Notes: generated by a model from the letters alone, not told the origin. Counted from the stretch's first letter, positions 1 to 10,634 are shown. The stretch is DNA of 64,000 bases from Fimbriimonadia bacterium (GCA_041483895.1 JBGPGO010000004.1:64001-128000), one strand, 5' to 3'. Translations and numbers: made by a program.

Positions 1-1009
1 TGTTAGTCTGTCATTGCAGATGCTGCTAAACGGGGCTTCCGGGGAGACCGCTTCGGAACTGCGCGAGGCGCTCGGGATGTCGGGGATGTCGGTGGAGGAG
101 ATCAACGCGGCGTCGGGAGACATGACGCGGTTGCTGGCAAACCTGGATTCCAAAGTGGAACTCTCCATCGCCAACTCCTTATGGGATTACAAGACGCTGA
201 AACTGGATCCCGGCTTTGTGCGGCGATTGAAGGATTCGTACGCATCCGAGGTGCACCAGATATCGGAGAATGACAATGGGCTGAAGGCGATCAACGATTG
301 GGCGTCCGAAAAGACGCATGGACGGATCAAGCAGATCATCAAGCAGTTTCCTTCGACACCGATGGTGCTCTCGCTCCTCAATGCGGTCTATTTTAAGGGG
401 GAGTGGAAGACCAAGTTCGACCCGGCGATGACCCACGACCTTCCGTTCAACACTTGGTCGGGCAGCAAGGACCTTCGGCCGATGATGAACGGCTCTAAGC
501 TGGAGTGCCGGTATGCGGAAACCAAAGAGTACCAGGTTATAGAGTTGCCGTACGGCGAAGGGCGAATGGGCCTTGTAATCGTCTTGCCAAACGAGAAGAT
601 CCGCTTGCCAAAGTTCTTGGCTACCCTCGACGGCAAGAAGTGGACAGATATGATGAAGAGCCTTACTAGTGGGAAGGCTGGGATCACGATCCCACGCTTC
701 AAAACGGAGGGCTTCCGGGCACTGGACAATCTCCTAAAGTCCCTTGGCATTCATCTGGTTTTCGATCCTGGGCAGGCCGATTTCACTGCGTTGGGGCCAA
801 GAGCCCGCGTGTGGGTAGGCGAGACCCGCCAGGCGAGTTGGGTGAGTGTCAACGAAGAAGGAACAGAAGCGGCGGCCGTGACGGAAGTGGATGTCACTAC
901 GAAGGCTGAGGACTTCGAATTCTCGATCTTCTGCGACCGGCCATTCTTCTACGCCATCCGAGACACCCAGACTGGCGTCATTCTGTTCATGGGCGCTTAC
1001 GGCGGGTAA
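1..1009 (+). CDS. Serpin (serine protease inhibitor), 5'-truncated by the window
   Basis: Frame open to window start. Motifs LLNAVYFKGEW, hinge EEGTEAAAVT and C-terminal CDRPFFYAIRD...ILFMG. Confidence 0.93.
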   Translation, partial: VSLSLQMLLNGASGETASELREALGMSGMSVEEINAASGDMTRLLANLDSKVELSIANSLWDYKTLKLDPGFVRRLKDSYASEVHQISENDNGLKAINDWASEKTHGRIKQIIKQFPSTPMVLSLLNAVYFKGEWKTKFDPAMTHDLPFNTWSGSKDLRPMMNGSKLECRYAETKEYQVIELPYGEGRMGLVIVLPNEKIRLPKFLATLDGKKWTDMMKSLTSGKAGITIPRFKTEGFRALDNLLKSLGIHLVFDPGQADFTALGPRARVWVGETRQASWVSVNEEGTEAAAVTEVDVTTKAEDFEFSIFCDRPFFYAIRDTQTGVILFMGAYGG

Positions 1010-1018
1010 GATCGCCGC

Positions 1019-2716
1019 GTGCGAGTTTCCCAAATGTACCTCCCAACCCTGCGCGAGGCGCCGGGCGACGCTGAGCTAATCAGCCACAAGTTGCTGGTCC
1101 GCGCCGGATTTATCCGTCGCCAGGCCGCCGGCATCTACAACTATCTGCCTCTGGGCCTGCGCGTCCTTCGCAAGATTCAGAACATCGTTCGCGAGGAGCT
1201 GACCAGGGTTGGAGCGCAAGAGCTGCTGATGCCTTCGCTGGTGCCGATGGAGCTTCTGGAGCAGACCGGGCGGTCGAAAGTTGATGTGCTGTTTCCCGTT
1301 CGGGACCGGGCGGACCGGCTGTTTTCGCTCGGCTTTACGCACGAGGAAGTGATCACGGATATCTTCCGTCACACGGTACATTCGTATAAGAACTTGCCCC
1401 TAAACTTATACCAAATACAGACAAAATTCCGAGACGAGCCGCGTCCTCGCGCCGGACTGATCCGCGCGCGCGAGTTCATCATGAAGGACGCCTACAGCTT
1501 CCATACGACTCAGGAGTCGCTCGACGAGACCTATGCGCTGATGGGGGAGGCGTACGAGCGGGCCTACACCCGGATGGGATTGGAGACGCTGCGATGCGAG
1601 GCCGACTCCGGCGCCATCGGCGGCAGCGAGAACCACGAGTTTATGGTGGTCACCCCCGGCGGAGAAGACACTGTGCTGGTGAGCGATGTGGGGAAATTTG
1701 CCGCCAACGCCGAGCGGTGCGAACTGCCCGACGCTTTCGAAACGCCGGTGGATGCGGGGGATGCGCCAGCGTGGGAATCCGTCGCCACGCCGGGAGCGCA
1801 TACGGTGGAGCAGGTCGCCGATTTCCTGAAAGTTGGACCGGAACGGATAGTCAAAACACTTTTGTATATGGCGGATGGGAAACCGATTGCGGCCCCCGTT
1901 CGCGGCGATCGGGACCTGAATGAGGTCAAATTGCGGCGATACCTCGAAGCAGTCGAGATGAGGATGATGTCGCCCGAGGAGATCGAACGGGTGACCGGCG
2001 CTCCGGTCGGATTTGCAGGTCCGGTCGGGCTGAATGGGGTGCGGATTGTCGCGGATTTCGAGCTAAAAGCGTTGCGCGATTTTGTGACCGGCGCCAACAA
2101 GGACGAGACGCACAACATCCACGTCTGCCATGGTCGTGATTTCGCCGTGGAAGAATGGGCGGATTTGCGCGTGGCGGTGGCGGGAGATCCGGCTCCGAAT
2201 GGCGGCACATTGTCTACGGTCCGCGGCATAGAAGTTGGACATATCTTTCAGCTCGGCACGAAGTATTCAGAATCCATGGACGCGAAGGTGGTGGATGCCG
2301 ACGGCGAGGAGCGGCCGGTTCTGATGGGCTGCTATGGACTGGGAATTTCGCGCTGCATGGCCGCCGTGGCCGAGGTCTGCGCGGACGACGATGGGCTGAT
2401 CTGGCCCGTCTCGATTTCTCCCTACTCCGTCGTCATCATATCTACTTCTCCCGACGAGGCGGTAGTTCGGGCGGCGGAGAACATCTATGAAGAGCTCCGA
2501 CAGCGGGGGGTGGAGGTAGTTTTCGACGACCGGGATGAGCGGGCCGGGGTGAAGTTTAAGGACGCGGACCTGATCGGCTGGCCGGTGCAAGTGGTTGCCG
2601 GCCGGGGTGTGGCCGAGGGTGTGGTAGAGGTAGGTCTTCGACGCGAAAAGTCCCGTCAATCCACGCCGATCGATGCAGCGACCAGCCGTGTGCTTGCACT
2701 GCTCGAACAAGGATGA
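1019..2716 (+). CDS. proS: Proline--tRNA ligase (bacterial type with editing insertion)
   Basis: MRVSQMYLPTLRE, QTKFRDEPRPRAGLIRAREF, GIEVGHIFQLGTKYS, MGCYGLGISR, DDRDERAGVKFKDADLIG. Confidence 0.98.
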   Translation: MRVSQMYLPTLREAPGDAELISHKLLVRAGFIRRQAAGIYNYLPLGLRVLRKIQNIVREELTRVGAQELLMPSLVPMELLEQTGRSKVDVLFPVRDRADRLFSLGFTHEEVITDIFRHTVHSYKNLPLNLYQIQTKFRDEPRPRAGLIRAREFIMKDAYSFHTTQESLDETYALMGEAYERAYTRMGLETLRCEADSGAIGGSENHEFMVVTPGGEDTVLVSDVGKFAANAERCELPDAFETPVDAGDAPAWESVATPGAHTVEQVADFLKVGPERIVKTLLYMADGKPIAAPVRGDRDLNEVKLRRYLEAVEMRMMSPEEIERVTGAPVGFAGPVGLNGVRIVADFELKALRDFVTGANKDETHNIHVCHGRDFAVEEWADLRVAVAGDPAPNGGTLSTVRGIEVGHIFQLGTKYSESMDAKVVDADGEERPVLMGCYGLGISRCMAAVAEVCADDDGLIWPVSISPYSVVIISTSPDEAVVRAAENIYEELRQRGVEVVFDDRDERAGVKFKDADLIGWPVQVVAGRGVAEGVVEVGLRREKSRQSTPIDAATSRVLALLEQG

Positions 2717-3516
2717 ACGCAATCGGCGGCAAGGCTTCCGCATATTTTCACATCTACTTGACGGAGGTATTCGCCTATCGCGCAGCGGCCTTCCTGTGGA
2801 TCCTGGCGGACAGCATCACCGCGCTCGTCCTTCCGGTAGTGTGGATTGCGGCCGCAGGCGACAAGGGGCATCTCGGTACCATGTCAGTGCCGGACGTGGT
2901 CACCTACTACGTGTTTTCCCTTGTCCTGTCACAGTTTATTATTAGCCACATGATGTGGGATATCGCGTTGGAAATTCGGGAGGGTGCGTTCACTGTTTAT
3001 CTGTTGCGGCCGCTCAGTTACTTTTTCACACAATTCTTACGCAATGTGGCATGGAGGATTGGAAAGGTCGCCCTCTTTTTGCCGGTGCTGGCTCTCATGC
3101 TCGTTGTCTATTGGCCATATCTTGGTCAGTCTCACTTTCATATCGGCCCTCTATTCGTTCTCGCTACTTTTCTTGGGTTCATACTCAGCTTTTGCAACGC
3201 GTTTGCTGTCGGCATTATCGCGCTACGAACCCAAGAATGTTTCGCGATCATTCGGTTGTATTATATGCCGGAGCTCTTTCTATCGGGCAGGATGTTTCCG
3301 CTGGCTCTCATGCCTGGTTGGGTCGCGTTCATTGCCAATATCACCCCATTTCGATTCACGCTGTCCTTCCCTCTGGAACTGGCCCTTGGGCGCCTGGATC
3401 AGTCCGCGGTTCTCACAGGATTCATGATGCAGTCCGGTTGGATCGCTATCATGTCATTGATTGGATGGTATCTGTGGCGGTCGGGATTGAAACACTACAC
3501 GGGCGTGGGGATGTAG
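2713..3516 (+). CDS. ABC-2 family (DUF990-like) membrane permease
   Basis: About 6 hydrophobic segments; EIREGAFTVYLLRP, LSGRMFPL, ends HYTGVGM; ATGA overlap with proS. Confidence 0.85.
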   Translation: MNAIGGKASAYFHIYLTEVFAYRAAAFLWILADSITALVLPVVWIAAAGDKGHLGTMSVPDVVTYYVFSLVLSQFIISHMMWDIALEIREGAFTVYLLRPLSYFFTQFLRNVAWRIGKVALFLPVLALMLVVYWPYLGQSHFHIGPLFVLATFLGFILSFCNAFAVGIIALRTQECFAIIRLYYMPELFLSGRMFPLALMPGWVAFIANITPFRFTLSFPLELALGRLDQSAVLTGFMMQSGWIAIMSLIGWYLWRSGLKHYTGVGM

Positions 3517-4317
3517 ATGTCCACCTGGAGGAAATGGAAGGCGATCTATAACATATACTTCCAAGAAAGCATGGCATATCGCGCGAACGCCATGATTTGG
3601 GCGCTGACAGATACCATACCCGCCGCCATCATGCCGCTGGCGTGGCTCAGCGCGTACGGTGGACGCTCACAGATTGCCGGATTCGATCCGAAGCAGATGG
3701 TCACCTACTACATGATGGTTTTGCTCTTCACAAACTTCATCACCTGCCATTTGATGTGGGAGATGGCTTGGGAGATTAAGGAAGGTATTTGGTCAACATT
3801 ATTGATTAGGCCGGTTTCGGTATTTGAGATGTATTTGGTTCGAAACTTTTCTTGGCGAATCGTGCGAACGATTGTGTTTGTTCCGATGCTCATAATGCTG
3901 CTTCTCGCCTATCATAATATGTTCGACTTTGGCCACCTCTATTTTGGATGGGAACTGTGGGCGTCGGTTATTCTTGGCCATCTCGTAAGCTTCTGCTTCG
4001 TTTTCGCTATGGGATTGCTGGCGCTGTGGTTTCAGGAGACGCACAGTTTATTCGGGCTATACTACATTCCCATGCTGTTCCTGTCTGGCCAGATGTTTCC
4101 GTTGTCGATGTTGCCGAAATGGGCGTTTATTCTCGGCGCGCTATTTCCGTTTCGATACACCACTGCCTTTCCGACGGAGATCGCGATTGGCCGCACAACG
4201 GGCGCCGCGATGTATCAAGGGATGTTGCTGCAGATCGCGTGGATCGTGATTTCGCTCCTTGCGGCGCAGGTCCTATGGCGTCGTGGCATCAAACAATACA
4301 CGGGAGTGGGCATGTGA
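3517..4317 (+). CDS. ABC-2 family (DUF990-like) membrane permease, paralog of previous gene
   Basis: EIKEGIWSTLLIRP, LSGQMFPL, ends QYTGVGM. Confidence 0.85.
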   Translation: MSTWRKWKAIYNIYFQESMAYRANAMIWALTDTIPAAIMPLAWLSAYGGRSQIAGFDPKQMVTYYMMVLLFTNFITCHLMWEMAWEIKEGIWSTLLIRPVSVFEMYLVRNFSWRIVRTIVFVPMLIMLLLAYHNMFDFGHLYFGWELWASVILGHLVSFCFVFAMGLLALWFQETHSLFGLYYIPMLFLSGQMFPLSMLPKWAFILGALFPFRYTTAFPTEIAIGRTTGAAMYQGMLLQIAWIVISLLAAQVLWRRGIKQYTGVGM

Positions 4318-5102
4318 AACGGCATTGGCGACTCTACATGGCGATGGTTAAGGCCAGCCTGCAACGGGAAATTGAATTTCGGGCTAATTTTTGGGCCAAG
4401 GTCGGACAGAACATAGTTTGGCTGGCATTCTTCTTGCTCATTCTAAAGGTGCTTTACAGCCACACGAACAGTATCGCCGGGTGGTCCGAGGGTAAGTCAT
4501 TTTTGTTGCTTGCCACATGCTATATCATGGCGTCGATTGTCGGCGCGGTATTTGGTATGAGCGTGCAAGAGATTCCAACGCTTGTACGTATGGGGACCTT
4601 GGACTATGTGCTGGTAAAGCCCGTGGACAGTCAGTTCTGGGTCAGCGTTCGGTTGTTCAACTTCGATCAACTTGCGCCCATCATAGTCTCTTTTGGATTT
4701 CTGTGGTATGGCATGAGAATGGAGCACTTGTCGTTCAACTTGCTCTACCTCTGCACATATTTGGTGTTGGTAGTATCTGCCATTTTGATCTTTTATTCGC
4801 TGGAACTGATAATGATGACGCTCGGCATCTGGCTGGTGCGCGTCGAGAACCTTTGGGTGCTCGGCGAATCGATGTTCCAGGTTGCCCGATTCCCAATCGA
4901 TATCTTTCCCCCAATCTTGCAAAAGGTGTTCTTTTACGTCATCCCACTGGCATTTATCGCGACGATTCCGACGGAGGCGCTTTGGGGCGGGCTACCGCCA
5001 TTGACCATTGTGTATGGGATTGTTTGGAGCATTGTTTCCGTCATCGTCAGCCGCGCATTCTGGCGCTTCGCCCTGCGCCACTACACGAGCGCGAGCAGTT
5101 AG
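4314..5102 (+). CDS. ABC-2 family (DUF990-like) membrane permease, second subtype
   Basis: GTG start overlapping upstream TGA; REIEFRANF, VRMGTLDYVLVKP, ARFPIDIFP, ends RHYTSASS. Confidence 0.85.
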   Translation: MKRHWRLYMAMVKASLQREIEFRANFWAKVGQNIVWLAFFLLILKVLYSHTNSIAGWSEGKSFLLLATCYIMASIVGAVFGMSVQEIPTLVRMGTLDYVLVKPVDSQFWVSVRLFNFDQLAPIIVSFGFLWYGMRMEHLSFNLLYLCTYLVLVVSAILIFYSLELIMMTLGIWLVRVENLWVLGESMFQVARFPIDIFPPILQKVFFYVIPLAFIATIPTEALWGGLPPLTIVYGIVWSIVSVIVSRAFWRFALRHYTSASS

Positions 5103-5170
5103 CGGATCATTCCGAAAATTCGGCTTGCGCCCAAGTCAATCTGGCTCGAATCGGGCGCAAGGCGATACAT

Positions 5171-7804
5171 CTACCCCTCCCCGCTCAGGCCGAAGTTGAT
5201 GAAGACGATATCGATGTCATGTAAATCGACTGTTCCGCTCCCATCGATATCGTCGTCAGGTGCGGCATCTCCAAAGTTGACCATCATCGAGTTCAAATCG
5301 CGCAGATCAACACGGTTATCTTGCGTGGCGTCACCGTTCACCGAGAGGGTCCAGTCTAAACGCTGTACACTGCCCGTCGGTGCGTTGGAAGCGACCTTTG
5401 AAAGCCAATGAGAACCCTTGAAGATGACATCTTCGCCGGCATCCAAGAAGCCTTGATAGTTGGAGAGAACGTTGATCGACAGCTCGGTCGAGTCGATCAA
5501 CGCTCCGCCTGTCTTACCGGTCAATCTCGCCGGTAAGCCAGAGGGATCACCCACGTAGTCGGCAAGATCGACATGTCCGTAGTATTGGGTTCCGGAAAAG
5601 AAATATCGTTCAGCAAGCATCTTGTAACCGTATTGAGAATTGCATGTGCCGACCACATACAGGTCATGATCCGGCGACGCTGCAACTGAGTACCAAGTAC
5701 ACGAGGAATTTACAGTATCATTTGCGCTGTCCCAGAACAGCAAATTACCATTCGTATCCAATTTCGCGACAAACGCGCCATTACCAGGCCCGTCGCCGGC
5801 AATGTACAGATTCTCGTCCTCATCCAGAATTCCGGTCAAAGCGCATTCATTATTACCAGGCTTTTCGATCTGCTTGAACCAAACCTGGTTTCCGTCCGAA
5901 TCGTATTTGATGACAATGGAATCAATATAATTGCCCGGATCATCGCTCTGCGCATATCCTATCACGTAGATATTGCCGGACTTTCCGATCGCCATATCTG
6001 TAGCCTCGTCCAGCAAGTTGGCGGATCCGTTCTCCAGTACGCTCCAAAGCACATCTCCTGTGGGGCTGAATTTCATCGTCATGACATCGGCGGCTTCTCC
6101 CGGCACCTCCCAAATGGCAGTGACATAGATATTGCCATCCGGATCTATCACCATGGCGGCGCCCTCTCGTATCTCATCCTCCTCATTGAATACTTTGGAC
6201 CAGAGAAGATCGCCGTCTTTGCTATAACAGACGACCGCAAATTGCTCGCTATAATAGTACGGATCCGCTCCGTTGAACGCAACAATGACATTGTCGTCCT
6301 TGCCGACGCGCACAGCAAATGGCGCGTCAGGATATCCGGGAAATGACGGAAAGCTACGTTGCCACAGCTGATGGCCGTCCGCGTCCAGCTTGATGACAGT
6401 GAGGTCTCTGTCCGTCGAACTGTTCTTCACCGCCGTCCATCCAGCGACATAGATGGATCCATCATCGGACCGCGCCAATCTGGAAGCTCCATCGGCTAAC
6501 GGTTTCGGATCGCCGGGCGGGGTACCGTCATAGACGAAATTCCAGACAAGATTTCCGGCAGGATCGTATTCTCTTACAATCATATCCTGATTGGCCGCGC
6601 TGGCTATTCCGCCTCGACAGGCAACGATCGCTTTGCTGTCGGGAGTGACGAGCAGATCGGATGGACCGGAAAAGGTATCTTGGTAGGCGGTAATCGATTG
6701 AGTCCAGATCGGTGCGAGCTTCGTATCGTATTTGACGACAAACAATGTATCGGCCGGAGTCGTATCCATACCACCAATGGCATATAGGGTGCCATCCGGC
6801 GCATACTTAATACGCCTTCCAACTCCCAAAGCATCATTATGATCGAATGGGATGTGATAGGGTCTTTGCGAAACAACCTCAATTCCGGTGAGAGGTGTCG
6901 CGGCCTCATTATCCCAAGCATCGATCACGACAACCTGAATCGTGTGAACACCAAAACCGGGTGTCATTCCGGCGTACTCGTGATCTCCCAATGGGCAATT
7001 GTCGATCTCCTCCTTTCTGTGTACATCAACATAAAGGTCGCAATGAACCGGGAGCCCTTCTGCATCGGAAACGTTGTAATGAACTGAAAAAGGCTGGAAG
7101 AGCATGGCGCCCTGCTGCGGAGCCGATATCGCGACGGTGGGAGGAGAATCGACATAGTCTGCCAGGCGCACATCATCAAAACGCATCACTGCAGAAATCT
7201 GGGCAATTATTGTGGTCTGGCACAATTCCTCCTCGGCTGATGCTCGTCCGGAGAGGAAGATGGTGAGCCTGTCCGTGGTGATGGTTCCCGTACGGACCTG
7301 GGCGCGGACGAAAACTCCAGTCTGTTCTTGGTAGTCGCCCCAAATGACCGTTGGAGCATCTATATCCGTTCCACCTGTCGGATCGCTGCCGACGCGAAAA
7401 CGGAAAGTGCCTCCGGATGCGATGTGTCCGCTGCCATTTGCCCAAGCGCCGAGATTGAAGTCACCGGTCGTGGGAGCTCCCAACTGGATCGTTTGCCGCA
7501 AGACCGATTGAACGAACACATCGTTCGTGACGCAATTGCCATTGGAAGGTTGCTTGACGAAGATCTTCGCCTCAGCATAATAGGCGAGGCTACCGTTGCG
7601 ACCCGCGCTTTGGACGCCGGAAGAGATCGTGGCTGGGGCCTTGCCATGTCCGCCGTAGGACCGGGTCTCCAGCCACGGGCTGAGGGAACCGGACTCAAAG
7701 TTAGAGTTCTGAACTGGGATATCGCCCGCGAAAGCGATGGCGCAGACAAATGGGATGATGATTGCAAAGAAGATTCGTGAACGGATGATCATGACTCGCC
7801 TCAC
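5171..7804 (-). CDS. Secreted multidomain protein: CBM-like N-domain, Ig-like domain, SBBP-type beta-propeller, dockerin/EF-hand-like C-terminus
   Basis: Signal peptide; NSNFESG; repeated DGNIYV...KYDSDGNQVW blades; C-terminal NGDATQDNRVDLRDL...DIDGSGTVDLHD. Confidence 0.75.
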   Translation of the reverse strand: MRRVMIIRSRIFFAIIIPFVCAIAFAGDIPVQNSNFESGSLSPWLETRSYGGHGKAPATISSGVQSAGRNGSLAYYAEAKIFVKQPSNGNCVTNDVFVQSVLRQTIQLGAPTTGDFNLGAWANGSGHIASGGTFRFRVGSDPTGGTDIDAPTVIWGDYQEQTGVFVRAQVRTGTITTDRLTIFLSGRASAEEELCQTTIIAQISAVMRFDDVRLADYVDSPPTVAISAPQQGAMLFQPFSVHYNVSDAEGLPVHCDLYVDVHRKEEIDNCPLGDHEYAGMTPGFGVHTIQVVVIDAWDNEAATPLTGIEVVSQRPYHIPFDHNDALGVGRRIKYAPDGTLYAIGGMDTTPADTLFVVKYDTKLAPIWTQSITAYQDTFSGPSDLLVTPDSKAIVACRGGIASAANQDMIVREYDPAGNLVWNFVYDGTPPGDPKPLADGASRLARSDDGSIYVAGWTAVKNSSTDRDLTVIKLDADGHQLWQRSFPSFPGYPDAPFAVRVGKDDNVIVAFNGADPYYYSEQFAVVCYSKDGDLLWSKVFNEEDEIREGAAMVIDPDGNIYVTAIWEVPGEAADVMTMKFSPTGDVLWSVLENGSANLLDEATDMAIGKSGNIYVIGYAQSDDPGNYIDSIVIKYDSDGNQVWFKQIEKPGNNECALTGILDEDENLYIAGDGPGNGAFVAKLDTNGNLLFWDSANDTVNSSCTWYSVAASPDHDLYVVGTCNSQYGYKMLAERYFFSGTQYYGHVDLADYVGDPSGLPARLTGKTGGALIDSTELSINVLSNYQGFLDAGEDVIFKGSHWLSKVASNAPTGSVQRLDWTLSVNGDATQDNRVDLRDLNSMMVNFGDAAPDDDIDGSGTVDLHDIDIVFINFGLSGEG

Positions 7805-7926
7805 TTATGATAAATCTGATAATAGATGACTCTGATTCTCTCCGATTCTATTGATTTTGCCAAGAAAATTATCCGCCGTAGCGTGTGGACATCTCATTCT
7901 CCAAAATTTTCAGTCGAATCATTATC

Positions 7927-10557
7927 CTATTCCTCACCCGTCAGCCCGAAATTGACAACGATGATGTTTATATCCGGCACGTCGACGGTTCCACTGCCAT
8001 CCATGTCCGAATTGGGATCGTTGAGTGCGAAATTGACAAAAATCTGGTTGAGATCGGGAAGCGCAATGCGATTGTCTCCTGTCGCGTCTCCATTGTACGG
8101 AATCGTCCAGTCCAACCGTGGCCCACTATTCTGATCGACGGGAGTCGCAACCGAGAGCCAATGAGTTGGTTTCAACGTCAACCGTTCGGATAGCCCGTCT
8201 TCGAGCAGGACGGAGTAATTCCCTAACGCACTGAGGGAGGCACTGCGTGATTCCGTCTTCTGGCCGCCTTGCCACGAAGCGAATTCCGCCTCAAGCCCGT
8301 CGAGCGAACCGGTGTATGCCGCCAAGTCGACTTGACCGAACCAATAGCGGGCGGATGCGGGAACGCGGATCGTTTTCATCGTCTCGGTCTGCTGATTACC
8401 TGTGGCAGCGCCGGTCACATATGCATCGCCGTCGGAAAATACCGCCATGGATCTCGCATAGAATTTGTTCCAAATAATTCCGGTTAGAGTCCTTGATTCC
8501 AAGACTTGACCATCAAGCGAACTTTTGAAAACAAGAGCGGGCGAATTATTATCGCTGCCGAGTAAATGTATTTTGCCGCTGCCGTCTTCGAAGATCGCAG
8601 TCGCAGTATCCCATATCTCTGGATTCTTGTCCTGTGCCACCCATTGCTGTTGGCCGTCGTTGTCGTACTTGATTACCACAAGGTCGTAGCCATAACTTGA
8701 ACTTACCCAGTAATTGCCGCCGACGAGAATACCTCCGTCGCTCGCGATTGTAATGCAGCCAGCGGTATCATCCGCATTTCCGATCCCGTTCTGGCTGCGT
8801 GCCCACAAGAGCGACCCTTCGCTGTTGTACTTGAGGGTGTAGATATCGGGGAGACCGTTCTCCCCCGGACAGGATGCGGCAACGTATACATTTCCTTCGC
8901 CGTCAGCTACGATTCCGTTGGTTTCATTTCTGTCAGCCCTGGATGTAAATTCCTGCGTCCAAGCGATCGTTCCGGTCGGGTTAACCGCGGTAAGGCTAAC
9001 TTGCGACCGCTGCGCGTCGGAATTCGAACCGGTCGTTGACGCGAGATAGATCTTTCCGTCTGAACCTATGGAGAACTGGACGGGAGTCAGATGATACCCG
9101 TCGTCCGGCAGAATGAAAGTCCTCCAAACTTCGTTGCCCTGCGCGTCAAGCTTCAACAAGAAATCGCGGATTGTGTACGGCGCCTCGCGGAGCGCTGATT
9201 TGCCAAACAGGTAGATATTTCCGTTGCCATCCCGGGCGAGATTTGTGGGTTGATCGTCTGCGGGGTGAGAAGATCCCTCCGGTGTGCCATCGAAGACAAA
9301 TCGCCATTGTTCCACTCCGTTGGGGCCTATATCAAGCACGTATGCGTCGGCGGATTGCGGATTAATGCTAACGCTGCTGTTGACCGCAACAATCTTACTC
9401 CCATCCGGATGAACGATCATGTCCACAGGTTTGCAAATCTTGCCCGCCAGGTTACAAGTATATCGGTTCTCTTGCAAGGTATTCAGTCTGCGATCAAATC
9501 GAAGGACAGCAAATCGGCCAACACCATTCTCCGAAAAACCGCCCACTCCTATCAGTTGATCTTGACCGAAAGTTTTCAGGAGGTAGCATGACGCATTACC
9601 CGTTGGACCGGTATATAGATTCATTTGAGCTTCGGGCATCGATTCAATATAGACAGGTCCTGAAGTTGACGTGTTGTCCCAGTCGTCGGTCACTGTCAGT
9701 TCATATTGATGAATCCCATAGCCAGCCATAATGTTGGTAAACTGTACGTCCCCACCTGTAGTTGTCACAGGTGACTGATACTTTTCTCCGTCTCGATAAA
9801 GATTGACTGTCATACCTTCAGATTCCGGGTCCGTTACATTGAACGTCAACGAATAAGGCTGAATCATAGGAGCGCCATTTGTGGGATCAGTCAGTACAAT
9901 GACGGGCGGCTGATCGAGAGACGTCGCCATGTGAACTGAATCAACGCGAAGCGTTGCGGTCAGTGTCTGCGGCATGGACGCATTGCATACGCGCATAGAA
10001 ACTTCCGCGTATCCTTGAATGAATACCGTGAATGTGTTGGAGGTCGTAGGAGGAAGGGATAGGATCTGGCGAACCCAGCGTGCATTGGGAATAGCGGTTA
10101 CTTCTGTCCAGACCACCGATAAGCCGTTCTCGTCTTCACTGCCCGTTGGATCGAGCCCGATGCGCGCATGCATTTCGGATGTGTCACCTTGCGATACATT
10201 ACCAACCAACCATATCGCTAGAGCGATTGGGCCCGTGACACTGGCCGCAAGCGAGAATGACTGATGCATGGATAGGCTGAGATGGATGTTGTTATCCGTG
10301 CATTGGCCGGGTTTCGGTGGCTGTGCGGCCATCGATGCTCTCGCACGATAGCCGTAGATACCGGAATAGCTGTCGCTCGTCACGCCGGCTTCCAATGTCG
10401 GACTGCCGCCGCCTTGGCCGACGACGCTGGCATTTGCGACCCAAGGATCAAGATTGCCTGTCTCAAAATCACCGTTCGGAACGGTTATGGTGGACGCGAG
10501 GCACCGCGCTGCCAAAGCTCCCATTCCAAGCGCGAGGATCGGACTTCGTATTTCCAT
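7927..10557 (-). CDS. Secreted multidomain beta-propeller protein, full-length paralog of 5171-7804
   Basis: Same architecture and length (876 vs 877 aa); NGDFETG, KYNSEGSLLW, NGDATGDNRIALPDL...DMDGSGTVDVPD. Confidence 0.75.
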   Translation of the reverse strand: MEIRSPILALGMGALAARCLASTITVPNGDFETGNLDPWVANASVVGQGGGSPTLEAGVTSDSYSGIYGYRARASMAAQPPKPGQCTDNNIHLSLSMHQSFSLAASVTGPIALAIWLVGNVSQGDTSEMHARIGLDPTGSEDENGLSVVWTEVTAIPNARWVRQILSLPPTTSNTFTVFIQGYAEVSMRVCNASMPQTLTATLRVDSVHMATSLDQPPVIVLTDPTNGAPMIQPYSLTFNVTDPESEGMTVNLYRDGEKYQSPVTTTGGDVQFTNIMAGYGIHQYELTVTDDWDNTSTSGPVYIESMPEAQMNLYTGPTGNASCYLLKTFGQDQLIGVGGFSENGVGRFAVLRFDRRLNTLQENRYTCNLAGKICKPVDMIVHPDGSKIVAVNSSVSINPQSADAYVLDIGPNGVEQWRFVFDGTPEGSSHPADDQPTNLARDGNGNIYLFGKSALREAPYTIRDFLLKLDAQGNEVWRTFILPDDGYHLTPVQFSIGSDGKIYLASTTGSNSDAQRSQVSLTAVNPTGTIAWTQEFTSRADRNETNGIVADGEGNVYVAASCPGENGLPDIYTLKYNSEGSLLWARSQNGIGNADDTAGCITIASDGGILVGGNYWVSSSYGYDLVVIKYDNDGQQQWVAQDKNPEIWDTATAIFEDGSGKIHLLGSDNNSPALVFKSSLDGQVLESRTLTGIIWNKFYARSMAVFSDGDAYVTGAATGNQQTETMKTIRVPASARYWFGQVDLAAYTGSLDGLEAEFASWQGGQKTESRSASLSALGNYSVLLEDGLSERLTLKPTHWLSVATPVDQNSGPRLDWTIPYNGDATGDNRIALPDLNQIFVNFALNDPNSDMDGSGTVDVPDINIIVVNFGLTGEE

Positions 10558-10634
10558 GCCACACCCCCAAATTTGCTGCGTTCAAATACTAAAGACTGAT
10601 TTCGCCGTCAAATCTATCCATCGACACCGAAAAA

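Noticed and set aside
3948..4313. Upstream extension of the third permease ORF
   Set aside because: Overlaps the second permease out of frame; the GTG at 4314 gives a normal-length protein.
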